The notes: generated by a model not told the origin, from the sequence alone. 64,000 bases of DNA from Eledone cirrhosa (GCA_964016885.1 OZ024759.1:29140001-29204000); one strand, 5' to 3'. Counted from the first letter of the stretch, positions 37,551-52,783 are shown. Program-made: numbers and translations.

Positions 37551-38768
37551 AATGTGTATATATACATATATTTATATATATATATATTATTATTATTATT
37601 GATTAAAATGACAGGAGGGCTCAATAATAATTAACTCCGTTCTCGCACCACCAACAAGATTCAACATCAAAGATGGATGAGATGCATAACGTTGAGTGCT
37701 TTTCCTAACATTACATCATGGTTAACTATACGGAATGACCAGTTCTATCCAGTGGTGAACCACCTAACTTAAATATATATATATGAAAAGATTCGGGACC
37801 CTGACAGCTGAGCTACGGCCAGAGCTCAGCCATCGGGGTCCTGAATCTTTTCATATTACCCACTCTACTACCCTAAGTATCGAGTACTCTGGTGGGTTAT
37901 GGTCCACCTGGTATTTTACCACACCCTTTCTCATATATATATATATATATAAAAAAAAAAACACAGTCTACGCTGTAATGTGGCCGTGTAGGCAACACGG
38001 TAAAAACCTGCGAGCCCCACACTGTAAATGTGGTTGGTGTTAGGAAGGGCATCCAGCTGTAGAAAACCCGCCAGACAGTCCACGCTGTAATGTGGCCGTG
38101 TAGGCAACACGGTAAAAACCTCCCAGCCCCACACTGTAAATGTGGTTGGTGTTAGGAAGGGCATCCAGCTGTAGAAAACCCGCCAGACAGTCCTATGCGA
38201 GCAAGACAATCACTCTTGCCTCAAGTGGGAAAACCCCCGTCCAAACCCATGCAAGCGTGGAACACGGACGTTAAACGATGATGATGATGATGATGATGAT
38301 GATATATATATATATATATAATTTAGACGCACACATTTTAAATGTTAATTATTTGACATTAGAAAATATTAAAGTACATGGCACTCACAGACACTTGTGT
38401 GTGTGTGTGTGTGTGTAACAATTAGCTTAGTGACTTCATTATGTTGATAATGATCACCATTCCAGTAAGTGCTGAAATATCTCTTCTATATATTTACCAA
38501 CATTCACCAACCAGTCACCACACTAAGGTTATTTATAACAACTGTTAAACTCATTTACTATATATTACTATAGATTATTACATTATATAATTACAGATTA
38601 ACCAAAACACTTTCAAATACAAAGCTTCTAACATGCCCCGTAAATACTCTGCTAATGAGAAACATACATGTATACACACATACACAGAGGCATGTTTTTC
38701 ATTACTACAGTTTTTAGGGTATTATATATATATCTATGTGTATATACATATAGACACACACATATATA

Positions 38769-38800
<32 letters not shown>

Positions 38801-38858
38801 AACACTATTAAATGTATACTAATGAATAATTAAATGCTTCACAAACAAGATGACTATA

Positions 38859-38898
<40 letters not shown>

Positions 38899-40744
38899 CA
38901 ATACAGAATGATTCATTCCGTCATTAAAATAACAGAAGTCTGACAAGCTTTTGATTCCATAGTCGGGTCCAATCGATATAGATTGAACCTTGAGCTGATC
39001 AATCACGAAACGCGCATCACACCTCGATAAATGTAATGAAACCTCGTCCATATTATTATTATTACACTCTTTATTATTACTACACGACCCCGTGCCTTTC
39101 ACCCTTACGGGGTCGATAAAATAAAGTACCAGTGATACACTGGGGTAATAGCTGGCCTTGTGCCAAAAGTAGAAACAATTATTATTATTACACTCTGCTT
39201 AGTACAACCCCAACATTCATACTGGAAACTATGCATAGAGTGCTCACTTTGGTGAACCTACGGTAACTTGACTTTACAATCCCTAAACTATATAAACAAG
39301 TACATAGCTGGAAAAATTATCTTTTAACCCTTTAGTATTTAAACCAGCTGTATCCAGCCATAATTCTCTCACCTCTTTCTGTTCAAACCAGCCATAACCA
39401 GCCACTCATACCAATGTTAAGGTATTGTTCTTAATATAAATAAGATCAAAATCTCGTAGATTCGATTTTATGTAAGATAATTATGAGAGATAAAACCTTT
39501 TCTGTGAAAACATAACAGTAAATATAGAGTTCTGTGAATGATAATGGGTTAAATCATATTTATTTCCTTACACATGTTTCAAGAGTGTTGTACATCAAAT
39601 TATTTGAAATGTTATGAAACAATTTGCATCATCAATATAAGCATTGATATATATGTATATACATATATGATGTATATGTATATACATATATGATATATAT
39701 GTACGCATCTTATCACCTTTGTGCATATAGTTTTACCTTTACTGTATAGATCATCATCACTGTTTAACGTCCATTTTTCCACACTAGCATGGATTAGAAG
39801 GGTTGTGTCCCGTTTAAGGCAAGTTGGGTCAGGTGACCATGTCTTGCTCACACAGAACTCTTTCTGGCTTAATTTCTATAACTGGATGCCCTTGCTAACA
39901 CCAACCACATTTACAGTGTGGGCTGGGTCTTTTTTGTCATGACTCCTACAAGGGCACTTGGGTAAAAAAAATTGTTAGGAAGCCTGTCAGATCAACTACA
40001 CCAGTAATTCAAAGGGCCATCCTTGTCATACACGGTGTTACAATGAATGTTCATGAAAATTAAATTAAGGAATACTCAGCCATATACTTTATAATACAAG
40101 ATGAACTATATTTGTAAGTCAAAGGGCAGGCCTTGCCATACACACTGTTATGCTGAATCTCCCTGAGATCTATGTTAAGGGTATATGTGTCTGTGGAATG
40201 CTCAACCACACACATGCTAATTTTATGATCAATATATATATAATATATATATGTCCAACCCATGCAAGCATGGAAAAAAACGGACATAAAAACAATGATG
40301 ATGATATATATATTATATATATAATATATGTAATATATATATATGATATATAACTATATACATAATATATAATATATAACTATATACATAATATATATAT
40401 ATATATAACTATATACATAATATATATATATATATATATATAACTATATACATAATATATAATATATTATATATATATATATAATACACACATATATACA
40501 CACACTGATACATCACAACACAGACATTCATATAAACATTAATATCGACATACTCATAAATTACAATTATGCGCTTTTCTATGTATCTAGATTATATATA
40601 TATATATACACATATATATATATACATATATATATATATACATATATATATATACACACACGTGCGTGCGTCTAACCCATGTGAGCATGAAAAAGTGGAC
40701 ATAAATGGATAATGAAGATGTGTGTGTACATGCACACATATAGA

Positions 40745-41120
40745 CACGACACACACACATATATACAGACACATATATAGACATACATACATATAGACAC
40801 ATACACACATATTTACAGACACTCATATACAGACATACATATACAGACATACATACATATAGACACATACACATATACAGACATACATACATATAGACAC
40901 ATACACTCATATACAGACACACATATACAGACATACATACATATAGACACATACACATACGTATAGACACACACACACATATATATATACAGACACTCAT
41001 ATACAGACACCCATATACAGACATACATACATATAGACACACACACACATATACAGACACACATATATACAGACACTCATATATACAGACACACATATTC
41101 AGTCACACACACACACACCG
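40745..41120. repeat. Compound (AC/AT/AGAC) microsatellite
   Basis: Direct inspection. Confidence 0.85.
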
Positions 41121-41802
41121 ACATATATGTGTATATACAAACACATGCCCTCCACTCAATATATATATATATACATACATGCAGTCTGTATGTGCAATTC
41201 TTTAATATTCATTAAATTTCGGCAAAAATTGCATGACACAACCGGAAATTTTGAAACTAGTAATTGTGATGGTGTTAGGAGGGGGTAGGTCAGACTGGAT
41301 TGTCTGCCTCTTTTATTGTAGGCCATTGATAATGGAAACTATTGTTGATGTTGTTGTGTAACAACCTCGTCCTCCATATCCACCTTCTGATGCTACTCCC
41401 CCCCACCTCTTTTCCTCTCATACAACACATACATTAGTGGTAGTGGTGGTGAAGGTGGTGGTGGTGTTGGTGGTGGTAATGGTGGTGCTGGTGGTGGTGG
41501 TGGTAATGGTGGTGGTGGTGTTGAAGGTGGTCAATGGCATGTTTGTGGTTATGTAGTAACTACAGTGGAGAGTTAGTGGTGTAATGGTGGTGGTGGTGGT
41601 GGTGGTAGTGGTGGGGGTGGAGGCGTAATTGTGGTGGGGGTGGGGCTAGGGTTAACATTGTTGTTATTGTTGCAGCCAAGTTAGTAATTACAATAGTATT
41701 GTACATTTTATATATATATATATATATATATACTCATATACATATATATTATATATAGGCATGTATGTATGCATATACATATATATATATATGTATATAT
41801 AG

Positions 41803-41841
<39 letters not shown>

Positions 41842-42957
41842 GATAGATAGATATACATGTGTGTGTGTGTGTGTATGCATATAGACACACACACACATAT
41901 TTGATTGACTTTCCCACTGAGAAGAACATGAGCATCCAGTTGTTTGATCAACTGAACAACCTACTCATTGAATTAACATAAAAAGTGGCTGAGTATTCCA
42001 CAGACACGTGTACCCTTAATGTAATTTTCTAGTTAAATCAGCAATACAAAGCTGTATCTTTGAGTTACAAGCAAATTCCATCTGGCAGATTTCTATATAG
42101 TTCAGTCTGCCTTGAGGTCCCAGCCAACAGGATGGAGAAGACAATCCCCCCAGAGGATGATGGGGGAGACACATTGGAACAGCCACTACACCTTGCTGGG
42201 TTTGCACTTGTGGGTAGCCAACTCCGCTCTGATAGTTGTGGGTAGGGCCAAGAATCTCATAAGTATCCACTGCCACAGGCACAACACACACTTTTACAAT
42301 CATCCCATCATGCCTCTTTATCACCCTTTTGTAATTTGACCATTGAAGTGGTCAATTCACCTAGCTTTTTCTTCTTTTTCTCTTAATATTAGTTACAGGC
42401 CTTTACGTTACCAAACTTAGACCAATTACATCAATTGTCAAGTCAAGAGTACTCAAACTATACAGCCATATAAAAAGATCAACTCGTGGTGTGAGTAGGT
42501 TACGCCAAGAAAGAAGGTTGGCTGGCAAGAGAAGCAGAGGTGGGCAGCCAAAATGATGGCTTGATAATGTCAACTTAAGGACTGGACTTAATCTTTGCTC
42601 TTTGAACTCTGTTGCTGGTGATCGAAGGGTATTATATGCCTGGAAGGAAGGTTGGCTGGTAAGAGAAGCGGCGGCCGGCAGCCAAAATGATGGCTTGATA
42701 ATGTCAACTTATGGACTGAACTTAATCTTTACTCTTTAAACTCTGCTGCTGGTGATCGAACTTTGTGGAGAGTGATATCACGTTGATGCGCAGTCTGCAA
42801 CTAGCGGAGTTTAGTGTCACAACAACATGTTCTGAGTTCAAATCCCACTGAGGTTAACTTTGCCTTTCATCCTGACTGGGTCGATAAAATAAAGTACTAG
42901 TAATGATAATGATGATGATAGCTACAACTTCAATCAACCAAAAGTATATTTATTTCA

Positions 42958-43640
42958 CTACCACCACAACAACACCACCACTACCACCACCACAACACTA
43001 CCACCACCACCACCACCACCACTACAACACCATCACCATCACTACCACCACTACCACACTACCACACCACTACCACTACTACACCTCCACCACCACCACC
43101 ACAACAACACCTCCACCACTACAACACTACAACACCACCACCACACCACAACACTACCACCACCACTACAACACTACCACCACCACCACCACCAGCACTA
43201 CACCACCACCACCACTACCAACACCACCACCACCACCACTACCACCACCACCACCACCACCACAACACCTCCACCACTACAACACCACCACCACACCACA
43301 ACACTACCACCACAACACTACCACCACCACCACCAGCACTACACCACCATTACCAACACCACCACCAACACCACCACTACAACACTACCACCACCACCAC
43401 CACCACTACCAACACCACCACCACCACCACTACCACCACCACCACCACCACCACAACACCTCCACCACTACAACACCACCACCACACCACAACACTACCA
43501 CCACAACACTACCACCACCACCACCAGCACTACACCACCACCACCACCACTACCAACACCACCACCACCACCACTACCAACACCACCACTACAACACTAC
43601 CACCACCACCACCACCACCACTACACCACCACCACCAGTA
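42958..43640. repeat. Degenerate (CAC)n trinucleotide array
   Basis: Produces the spurious His/Thr/Pro ORF 42903-43646. Confidence 0.92.
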
Positions 43641-44204
43641 GCCTGAGTGTATAAATCTACCCCCACCTCACCCATTACTTTAAACAAACATTCCATCCAG
43701 TAATATTGTAAAGAGATATCAAAACGTAGTTGTTGTTCTAGTTGTTGTTGTAATAGCAGCATTAGTAGTAGCAGCAGTAGTAGTAGCAGCAGTACACTAT
43801 GTAATTAAGGACCATAATTAATTGATTCTGTCCCCTTTATTTTAATTAGTTATTTTTTTGTTTTCATATGTTGTTGTGCCCTCAATTTTTCCTATTCTAT
43901 TTGATATATTTTCCCAGGGGTGGGGGAAACACAAACACCCTCCACCCACTAAACCAACCCTACTTTGCCCCAATTTTTTCTATGCTATTTGATATATATA
44001 TTTTTTTTTTTAGATTTTCCCAGGGGTTGGGATGGGGGGAGGGAGCAGGGGGCTAGGGCAAAGACCCCACCCCCTTCCACCCACCCACCTAGGACACACT
44101 GTCCCTTACATACACATTGTTAAGTAAATGATGACAGAACAGCACCCTTTTCCAATCCACCAAACTGTGGAGGTGGGGTGGGTAGACTTATCAGATGGCT
44201 ATAC

Positions 44205-44500
44205 TGATAACGATGATGATGATGATGGTGGTGATGGTGATAATGAGGGCAGTGGTAATGATGATGGTGATTGTGGTGTGGTGATGGTGGTGATGGTGAC
44301 GGCAATAGTGATTATGGTGATGATGGTGGTGATGATTGTGGTGGTGATGGTGATGATGATGACTGTGGTGATGATGATGGGGGAGGTGGTGATCGTAATG
44401 ATGATGGCAGTGATGGTGGTGAAGGTGGTGGTGGTGATAGTACTGCTGATGACAATGATAATGTTGGTGGTAGTAATGGTGATGACAATGATGATGATGA
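44205..44500. repeat. Degenerate (GAT/GGT)n array
   Basis: Direct inspection. Confidence 0.9.
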
Positions 44501-44761
44501 ATATTTAATATGTACACATGCTACTCAAGGAAGGTGGTGGTGGTGCATTTGTATAGGGTTGCAGAGCAGAGCCTGAAAAAAAAAAAAAAAAAAAGGGAGC
44601 TGTATATTTGATATCCTCATCAGCAGATTATAAGGGATCAGAGTGGATGGATGGATGGCTGTTTATGGACTCAAACATAGAACTGTGTGTGTGTGTGTGT
44701 GTGTGTACCATCATCCACCATATACATCATCATCATTACCTTTTATATATATATATATATG

Positions 44762-44945
44762 TGAAAAGATTCAGGACCCCGATAGCTGAGCTCCGGCCAT
44801 TTCGACAGCTAGATCCGATCTAGCTGTCAAAACGGCCGTAGCTCAGCCGTCGGGGTCCTGAATCTTTTCATATTACCCACTCTACTACCTCAAGTATCGA
44901 GTACTCTGGTGAGTTATGGTCCACCTGCTTTTTTACCACACACTA
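44762..44945. mobile_element. Fold-back element (about 50-bp arms, 44762-44870) with conserved tail
   Basis: tgaaaagattcaggacccc...ggggtcctgaatcttttca; other copies 37781-37930 and 57955-58070, adjoining (TA)n. Confidence 0.7.
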
Positions 44946-44947
44946 TC

Positions 44948-45475
44948 TGAAATTACCAGGAGTTAAATTACTGGCAGTCAAATTACTGGGAGTCAAATTA
45001 CTGGAGTCAAATTACTGGAGTCAAATTACTGGGAGTCAAATTACTGGAGTTAAATTACTGGGAGTCAAATTACTGGAGTCAAATTACTGGAGTCAAATTA
45101 CTGGGAGTCAAATTACTGGAGTTAAATTACCGGGAGTCAAATTACCGGGAGTCAAATTACTGGAGTCAAATTACTGGGAGTCAAATTACTGGAGTCAAAT
45201 TACTGGAGTTAAATTACCGGGAGTCAAATTACTGGGAGTCAAATTACAGGGAGTCAAATTACTGGGAGTCAAATTACAGGGAGTCAAATTACTGGAGTTA
45301 AATTACCGGGAGTCAAATTACTGGAGTTAAATTACCGGGAGTCAAATTACAGGGAGTCAAATTACTGGGAGTCAAATTACTGGGAGTCAAATTACTGGGA
45401 GTCAAATTACAGGGAGTCAAATTACAGGGAGTCAAATTACTGGGAGTCAAATGTACGGGAGTCAAATTACTGGCT
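44948..45475. repeat. 14-15-bp minisatellite (gagtcaaattactgg), about 35 copies
   Basis: Direct inspection; abuts the fold-back element. Confidence 0.95.
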
Positions 45476-45999
45476 ACCCAATTATATATACATATAATAA
45501 GGCGGTAGTCTTCTAGTACCACTACCATCCTTTACATAAAATAAGGGGGTAGACTGCCATCCATCACCACCACCACCATCACCCTTTACATGAAAAAGGG
45601 GGTAATACTCCCACCACCACCATTTACATAAATGTGGGGGTAGGATTCTTACTACCACCACCATCACCCTTTACATAAAAGAGGGTTAAGACCCCCACCA
45701 CCACCACCACCACCTCCACCATCCTCATCACATTTATTCCAATCTAGTTACTGACTCATTTCAATTGTATTCAGGTAATGTTGTTAATTGACAATCTGTG
45801 AGACTCTTAGATGGCAGTACCACTTTCACACGGCCTAGTAGTTAGAATGTTGATCTTATGATTGTAAGGTTGATTGAGAGAGAGAGCAATACGGAAACTT
45901 CATTTCACATTGCTCCAGTTCACCAGTGATTATTTTAATGTGCAGTTGGGCCCCCTATCATTAACCCTTCAGAGGTTGAGCTGGCTCTTTAGTTGCATC

Positions 46000-46562
46000 A
46001 AAGATGGGCTGAGAGAGAAAGTGGATATTAGAAGAATCTGATGTTGTGTGCAGGAAAGGAGGCCGCACAGGTATGGACATGTGATGTGTCTGGATGTTGA
46101 CTGCTGAGTGAAGAATTAAGTATAAGAGGAATCCAATGTAGTGTGCAGGAGAGGAGAATGCACTGGTATGAACATGTGATGCACATGGATGATGATTGTT
46201 GGGTGAAGAATTAAGAGGAATAAGATGTAGTGAGCAGGAGAGGAGTCTGCACTAGTATGGATGTTGACTGCTGGATGAAGAATTAAATTTAAGAAGAATC
46301 AGATATAATGTGCAAGAGAGAAGACTGCACTGGTATGGACATGTGGTGTGTATGGATGTTGGCTGTTAGATGAAGAAGTGCCAAGAAATCCCAGTGGAAA
46401 GAAGCCACAGTAGAGGAGGACCAAAGAAGACCTGGGCTGATCTCAAATCACTGAAACTCACAGAGGATGATGGACTGCAACAAGTGGAGGGATGCTTAAG
46501 TGGAAAAGACCTGTCAAACCCATGTAAGTATAGAAAAATGGAGGTAAAACAATGACGATGAT
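46000..46562 (+). mobile_element. RTE LINE fragment with internal tandem multiplication
   Basis: Segment GAGAGGAGA..CACTGGTATGGACATGTG repeated 3-4 times, then KKCQEIPVE..GPKKTW. Confidence 0.75.
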
Positions 46563-47004
46563 GATATATTGAAAGCAGCCTGAGAAGACTTGGAGATAGT
46601 TGTACTAATTCTACATGACACCTTTGAATGTATATTTCATCCTACCAATCCATGTGTATATATATATATACATATATATTATATATATATACATATGTGT
46701 GTGTGTGTGTGTGTGCACATGTATATTTACAAGCATACACACAAATATATTTATATACATACACCTATATTCATACATTTTTATATTCATCAGCCTGTAT
46801 ACATATTCTGACATATACATACATGTGTGTGCATATACATATATTTGTGTGTGTGTGTGTGTGTGCATATATACACATACATATGTATATATGTGCGTGC
46901 ATATACGTATATACATATATATGCACACACACCTAGACATCCCTGACTACATTATTTTTCATCACAACAGCAAGAGAGATAAACAGACGCAGAAAGAAAG
47001 GAGG

Positions 47005-47040
<36 letters not shown>

Positions 47041-47244
47041 AAATAGCGTCCATATTTCCAATTCCTCCAGAACATCTGTTGGTATATAGACAGGAACCGT
47101 CTATGAAAGAGCAACACAGCAACAACAACAACAACAACATACTACATACATTCAACACATTTCATTTCACACACTATGACTATATTCCATGCTTCATTTA
47201 ATTCAGCTGAGAGAGGATATAGAAGCTAGAAACCTATTCAATGG

Positions 47245-47905
47245 ACTCAGCCCAGCCCAGCCCAGCCCAGAGCAGAAGTACCCCACCTCCACTCTTTATA
47301 CACCCACTTCTACCCCCATCTACCCTGCTTACCTTCCCACTTACCTCTTCTCTATCCCCTACACCCTGATTACCCCTACATTAAAAAGGAATGGGTTAAG
47401 CCCAGTCCAGACCTCCCCCATCACCACCCCTCTCTCTATACACCCACTTCTCCCCCCATCTACCCTGCTTACCTTCCCCTTACCTCTTCTCTATCCCCTA
47501 CACCCTGATTACCCCTACATTAAAAAAGGAATGGGTTAAGCCCAGTCCAGACCTCCCCCATCACCACCCCTCTCTCTATACACCCACTTCTCCCCCCATC
47601 TACCCTGCTTACCTTCCCCTTACCTCTTCTCTATCCCCTACACCCTGATTACCCCTACATTAAAAAGGAACGGGTTAAGCCCAGTCCAGACCTCCCCCAT
47701 CACCACCCCTCTCTCTATACACCCACTTCTCCCCCCATCTACCCTGCTTACCTTCCCCTTACCTCTTCTCTATCCCCTACACCCTGATTACCCCTACATT
47801 AAAAAGGAACGGGTTAAGCCCAGTCCAGACCTCCCCCATCACCACCCCCCTCTCTCTCTACACCCACTTCTCCCCTGCTTACCCATACATTATAAAAGAA
47901 GGGTT
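47245..47905. repeat. ~140-bp pyrimidine-rich tandem repeat, about 4.5 copies
   Basis: gggttaagcccagtccagacc at about 47393, 47533, 47672, 47811. Confidence 0.92.
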
Positions 47906-50103
47906 AGGGTAGAGTTCGAAGCTATTTAGAATACATTTGCACACTGAATATAGTTTTATTTTTATTATTATGTTTATTTTATTTTATTTCAGGTATGTTT
48001 CAAAGATTATATATACATGCATACTTGGCATATATATATAATTGTGTAAGTGTGTATATATGAATATGTCTGTGTATATATATATGAATATGTCTGTGTA
48101 TATATATATGAATATGTGTATGTATTATATATGAATATATGTGTGTGTATATATATATATATATGAATATGTGTGTGTATATATATATATGAATATATGT
48201 GTGTATATATATATATATGAATATGTGTATGTATATATATGAATATATATATATATATATATAAATATGTATATAGATGTACACTAGCAGGGAAAACAAA
48301 TGTTAAATGATGTTGATAGATGATTATATACATATACTGATATACACACACATGCATAAAATTGCTGGGTGATATATATACGTACACATCTAAGACGCAT
48401 TTATGTACATTATATATAAGTGTGTGTCATCATCATCGTTTAACGTCTATCTTCCACGCTAGCATGGGTTAGACACTAATATATATGTGTATATATGTAT
48501 ATATATATGCACACACACAAGCATAAAAACAATTATATATATACATATAAGAGGCATATATGTATATTATATACGTGTATATATATATATATATATACAT
48601 AAAGTATATATATATATATACACATACTCATGCATAAAAAAGCTGGTATATCCTAAACGGACGGTAGTCCGTTTAGTAATATTGTTGTGGTCGTGTTTTC
48701 GTTGGCAATCGTCTGTTTACGACAGTACAGCGCGGCTCTACTTTATTTAACTGAGATAAAACTTATATGAGCATGAACAGTAGATCATTACGCATCTTTT
48801 GGCTTAAAAATCTAGAAATTTGGTCCAGCGGGAAAAAGTTTATAATCAAAGTTTGCTGATAAATCTTGTGTTCAAGTGAGTGAGTAGTAAGCGTGACGCT
48901 AGGGGAGGTAATTACGAGGTAATTACAAGGGGAGGTAATCTAATATATTTCAAATTGTATTTTTAACTAAATTCATTTATCATAGTCTAATATTTTAAAA
49001 ATAGATGAGTGCTCCACGATGATGACCCATGTCTCCGTCATGTGGAGGGGATGCTTAGGAGCCATCCAGATATCATGTGATCATTTTTGGTTCGCGGTGT
49101 CCACATGATATCTGGATGGCCCTTTATACTAATTAGTCATTTATCTGCATAAAAATTATACCAGATCATTCTGATTATTGGCTTGAAATCTTTTACAAAA
49201 TTAGTATGAGCAACTAAGAAGCATCAATAGAAATAGAATTACTTTTTGAAGTTTTCATGCACAGCATTTTGGGGGATTTTAAATAAAAGTTAATATCATA
49301 ATTCTTATTTTGTATACCCACATTGCAGATACAGAGAAACATGACAATCCTATATAAAGGTCGTAGACAGCAGTATCAGTTTTTATCCGTAACACCATTG
49401 AAATGCACAAGTTTCACCAATTCACTATTATGCACTAATCATCTCAAATGCATTCATGATTTACTAGCTTTGTCATTAAGCCAGTTGCCTCAACTAGATT
49501 GTAAAATTTTTTATTTCTTGTCAATTCTTTAAAGTTTTATCTTAGTTTCTTGTCCTATTCTTTTAAAGTTTTATTTTAGTTTCTTGTCCTGTTTTTTTAA
49601 AGGTTTATATTCCAACAATATTACTTTTTTTTGCTGTACGCATTTTTCTATCTGGTATACATATACGTATACATGTATAAAGATGCATATATGTGTATTA
49701 TATACACTCACATACACATATAAGATGTACATATGTATACAATCTCAGGTCTTGGCTTTATAGTTAAGAAGTTTGCTTCACAACTACAAGGTTTCATGTT
49801 CAGTCTCTCTCTGTGGCATACTTTAGGTGAGTGTCTTCCACTATAGCCACATGAGCGAACATTTGGTAGATGGAATGTGCCATGCTGATTCAGTCAGATA
49901 ATTAAAACCTTTTGATACCAATCTATCCCAAACCAGCTCTGGTTCTATGAAACAAAAACACCCATTTTAAAGGGTTCCTATTCAATTTAAAACCTATCCA
50001 TCCTCTGGCATCCTCAGTCCCTGAATTACCATTTTCCCCTGCAAAATTTCTAAACCAGCTCTGGTTCTATGAAACAAAACCACCTACCTTAAAGGGTTCC
50101 TTT

Positions 50104-50681
50104 TCAACCCTTTAGCATTTAAACCAGCCATATTCAGCCAGCATCTCTCATCTCTTTCTGTTAAAACCGGTTGTAACCTGCCACTCATACGAATGTTTAG
50201 GTATTCTCAAAATAAATGATATCAAAATCTCATAGATTCGATATTATGAGATAATTATGTAAGATAAAGCCTTTACAGTGAAAATACAATAGTATATATA
50301 GAGTAATGTAAATGTTATGTGAGATATTATGTGAAGCCTTTACTGTGAAAATATAATAGTAAATATAGAGTAATGTAAATGTTATGTGAGATATTATGTG
50401 AGGTAAAGCCTTTACTGTGAAAATACAATAGTATATATAGAGTAATGTAAATGTTATGTGAGATATTATGTGAGGTAAAGCCTTTACTGTGAAAATACAA
50501 TAGTATATATAGAGTAATGTAAATGTTATGTGAGATATTATGTGAAGTAAAGCCTTTACTGTGAAAATACAATAGTATATATAGAGTAATGTAAATGTTA
50601 TGTGAGATATTATGTGAGGTAAAGCCTTTACTGTGAAAATACAATAGTATATATAGAGTAATGTAAATGCTAAAGGGTTAA
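50104..50681. mobile_element. piggyBac-type MITE with internal ~72-bp tandem amplification (about 6 units)
   Basis: Intact TIRs; unit gcctttactgtgaaaatacaatag... recurs from about 50270 to 50670. Confidence 0.85.
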
Positions 50682-51940
50682 ATTAAAACCTATCCATCCT
50701 CTGGCATCCTCAGTCCTTCAACTACCATTTTCCCCTGTAAAATTTCTAAACCAGCTCTGGTTCTAAGAAACAAAACCATTTTAAATTAAAATTCATCCTC
50801 TGGTGTCCTTGGCCCCCAAATTACAATTTTCCTCTGCAGAATTTCCATCTACAAAATTCAGTAATAAAGCATTACTCAGTAATATGTTAAAAGTATTTAA
50901 CTAATTAAGAACAGGTAACAGGTAAATCATTGTTCAAAATAATCATATAAAAAACCCTTTACAAGGTAAGAGATCAATAATAATAATTTTATTACTGTAC
51001 AGATACATATACATATTAACAAACATACACACACTTCTTCCCACTCCTATTACAAAACACACACATACCTTAATATAATCGCATAAACTCTCTCTCTCAC
51101 ACACGCACATTCTCTACCACCTTTACTAGCCTCACACACACACAGTTAACTTTCACACACACACACACACACACAGAAACTAACACATCAACTTTCACTC
51201 AAACATACACAGACACACACCATTAACATTGACCAACACACACACACATTAGCTTTTACTCACACATGTACACAAACACACACACAGACAGACTAACACA
51301 AATTTTCACTTGCATACACACACAGACTAATGCATTAACTTTCACTCACACATACATAGACACACGCCATTAACTTTCACATACACACACCGTGAACTTT
51401 TATACACACACACAAACTAACGCAAACTAACACATTAACATTCACTCACACATACACACTTTAGCTTTCACTCACATAGACACACACCATTAACTTTCAC
51501 ACACACACACACATATCTTCTTATTACCTACCCCCATCCTATATTACACTGTCACACACATCACATGCATCTATTTTCTATCAACCACCACCACCCAGTC
51601 CCCCACAACATAACAGTGATTCCTTTCTTTACCGTATCAATAAAATCATAACAGCTGCCCCACCCCATAACAATCTGACCAGTGGACCTTTACCATAGAT
51701 ATTTTGGACACAGTCACTGAACAAGCCAGCCACGACCACTACACACATCTCCAACAAACACACCAGTCTTATATTATAACAAACACCTCAGTGATCAGTA
51801 CCTGATCAATAATTGATTAATTAATTAATTGGTCTCACCCCACCCCCACCATAACTCCAGTCTACCTCAAATTGTTCAGAATATACAAAGACAGTCTTTA
51901 TTGCAGTTTATAATGGAAGTTCTTTCACATATGCACACTG

Positions 51941-51975
<35 letters not shown>

Positions 51976-52344
51976 ATGTATGAGAATGTACATATCTATA
52001 TATATATATATATATATATACACATACACAGTGAATAATAATAAATAATAATGAAATTATTGTGTAAAGTGCTCAGGTGCACTACAACTCGTCAAAGGTG
52101 CATGTATAATACATAGAATAATATACAAATGTCAGGGAAGTGAATAGTGTACGAGTCACGATATACATGTGTGTATGTGTATGGAGGGGGAACATTAGGT
52201 GTAGTGTTGGCGAATCTCGGGAAGCATGGAGGCCTTAAAGGATGCAGTGTCTCGACAGCTAACAACCGATGCAGGTAGTTTGTTCCATGCTTCAGCAACT
52301 CTGAGCGTGAAAAAATGTTTCCGAAAGTCATGGGAACTGTGCTA

Positions 52345-52720
52345 GGCGCATAGCTTAGTGGTTAGAGCATTGGGCTTGCAATCGAAAGGTTGTGTGTTCA
52401 ATTCTCGGACCGGGTGATGGATGTATTGTTTCATTGAGCAAGACACTTTATTTCACATTGCTCCAGTTTACTCAGCTGGGGTCCCTATCATTCCACTGCA
52501 AAGTGGTCGTGTAGGTGCCACGGAAAAAAATGCACCCAGTACTCACTGTAAATGAGGTTGGTGTTAGGAAGGGCATCCAGCTGTAGAAATCAAGCCAGAA
52601 TCAGTTCCCGTATGAGCAAGACAAGGTCAGCCGACCAGACACTGCCCACAACAGGACAACCCGTCTAACCCATGCTAGCGTGGAACAACGAACATAAAAC
52701 AGTGATGATGATGATGATGA
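52345..52720 (+). mobile_element. tRNA-derived SINE family 2 with (GAT)n tail
   Basis: A box TAGCTTAGTGG, B box GTTCAATTC, CORE-like TTGAGCAAGACAC, middle GTTAGGAAGGGCATCCAGCTGTAGAAA, end AACCCATGCTAGC..(GAT)n. Reverse copy at about 33955-34282; 3' fragments near 3330, 14220, 31390, 34290, 37960, 39750, 58105, 63450. Confidence 0.85.
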
Positions 52721-52749
52721 TATATATATTATATATATATGTATGAGAA

Positions 52750-52783
<34 letters not shown>

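Noticed and set aside
42903-43646. 247-aa His/Thr/Pro-rich ORF
   Set aside because: Translation of a (CAC)n array beginning in a SINE tail; no splice or domain support.
44128-44576. Hydrophobic or acidic ORFs
   Set aside because: Degenerate GAT/GGT trinucleotide repeat open in several frames.
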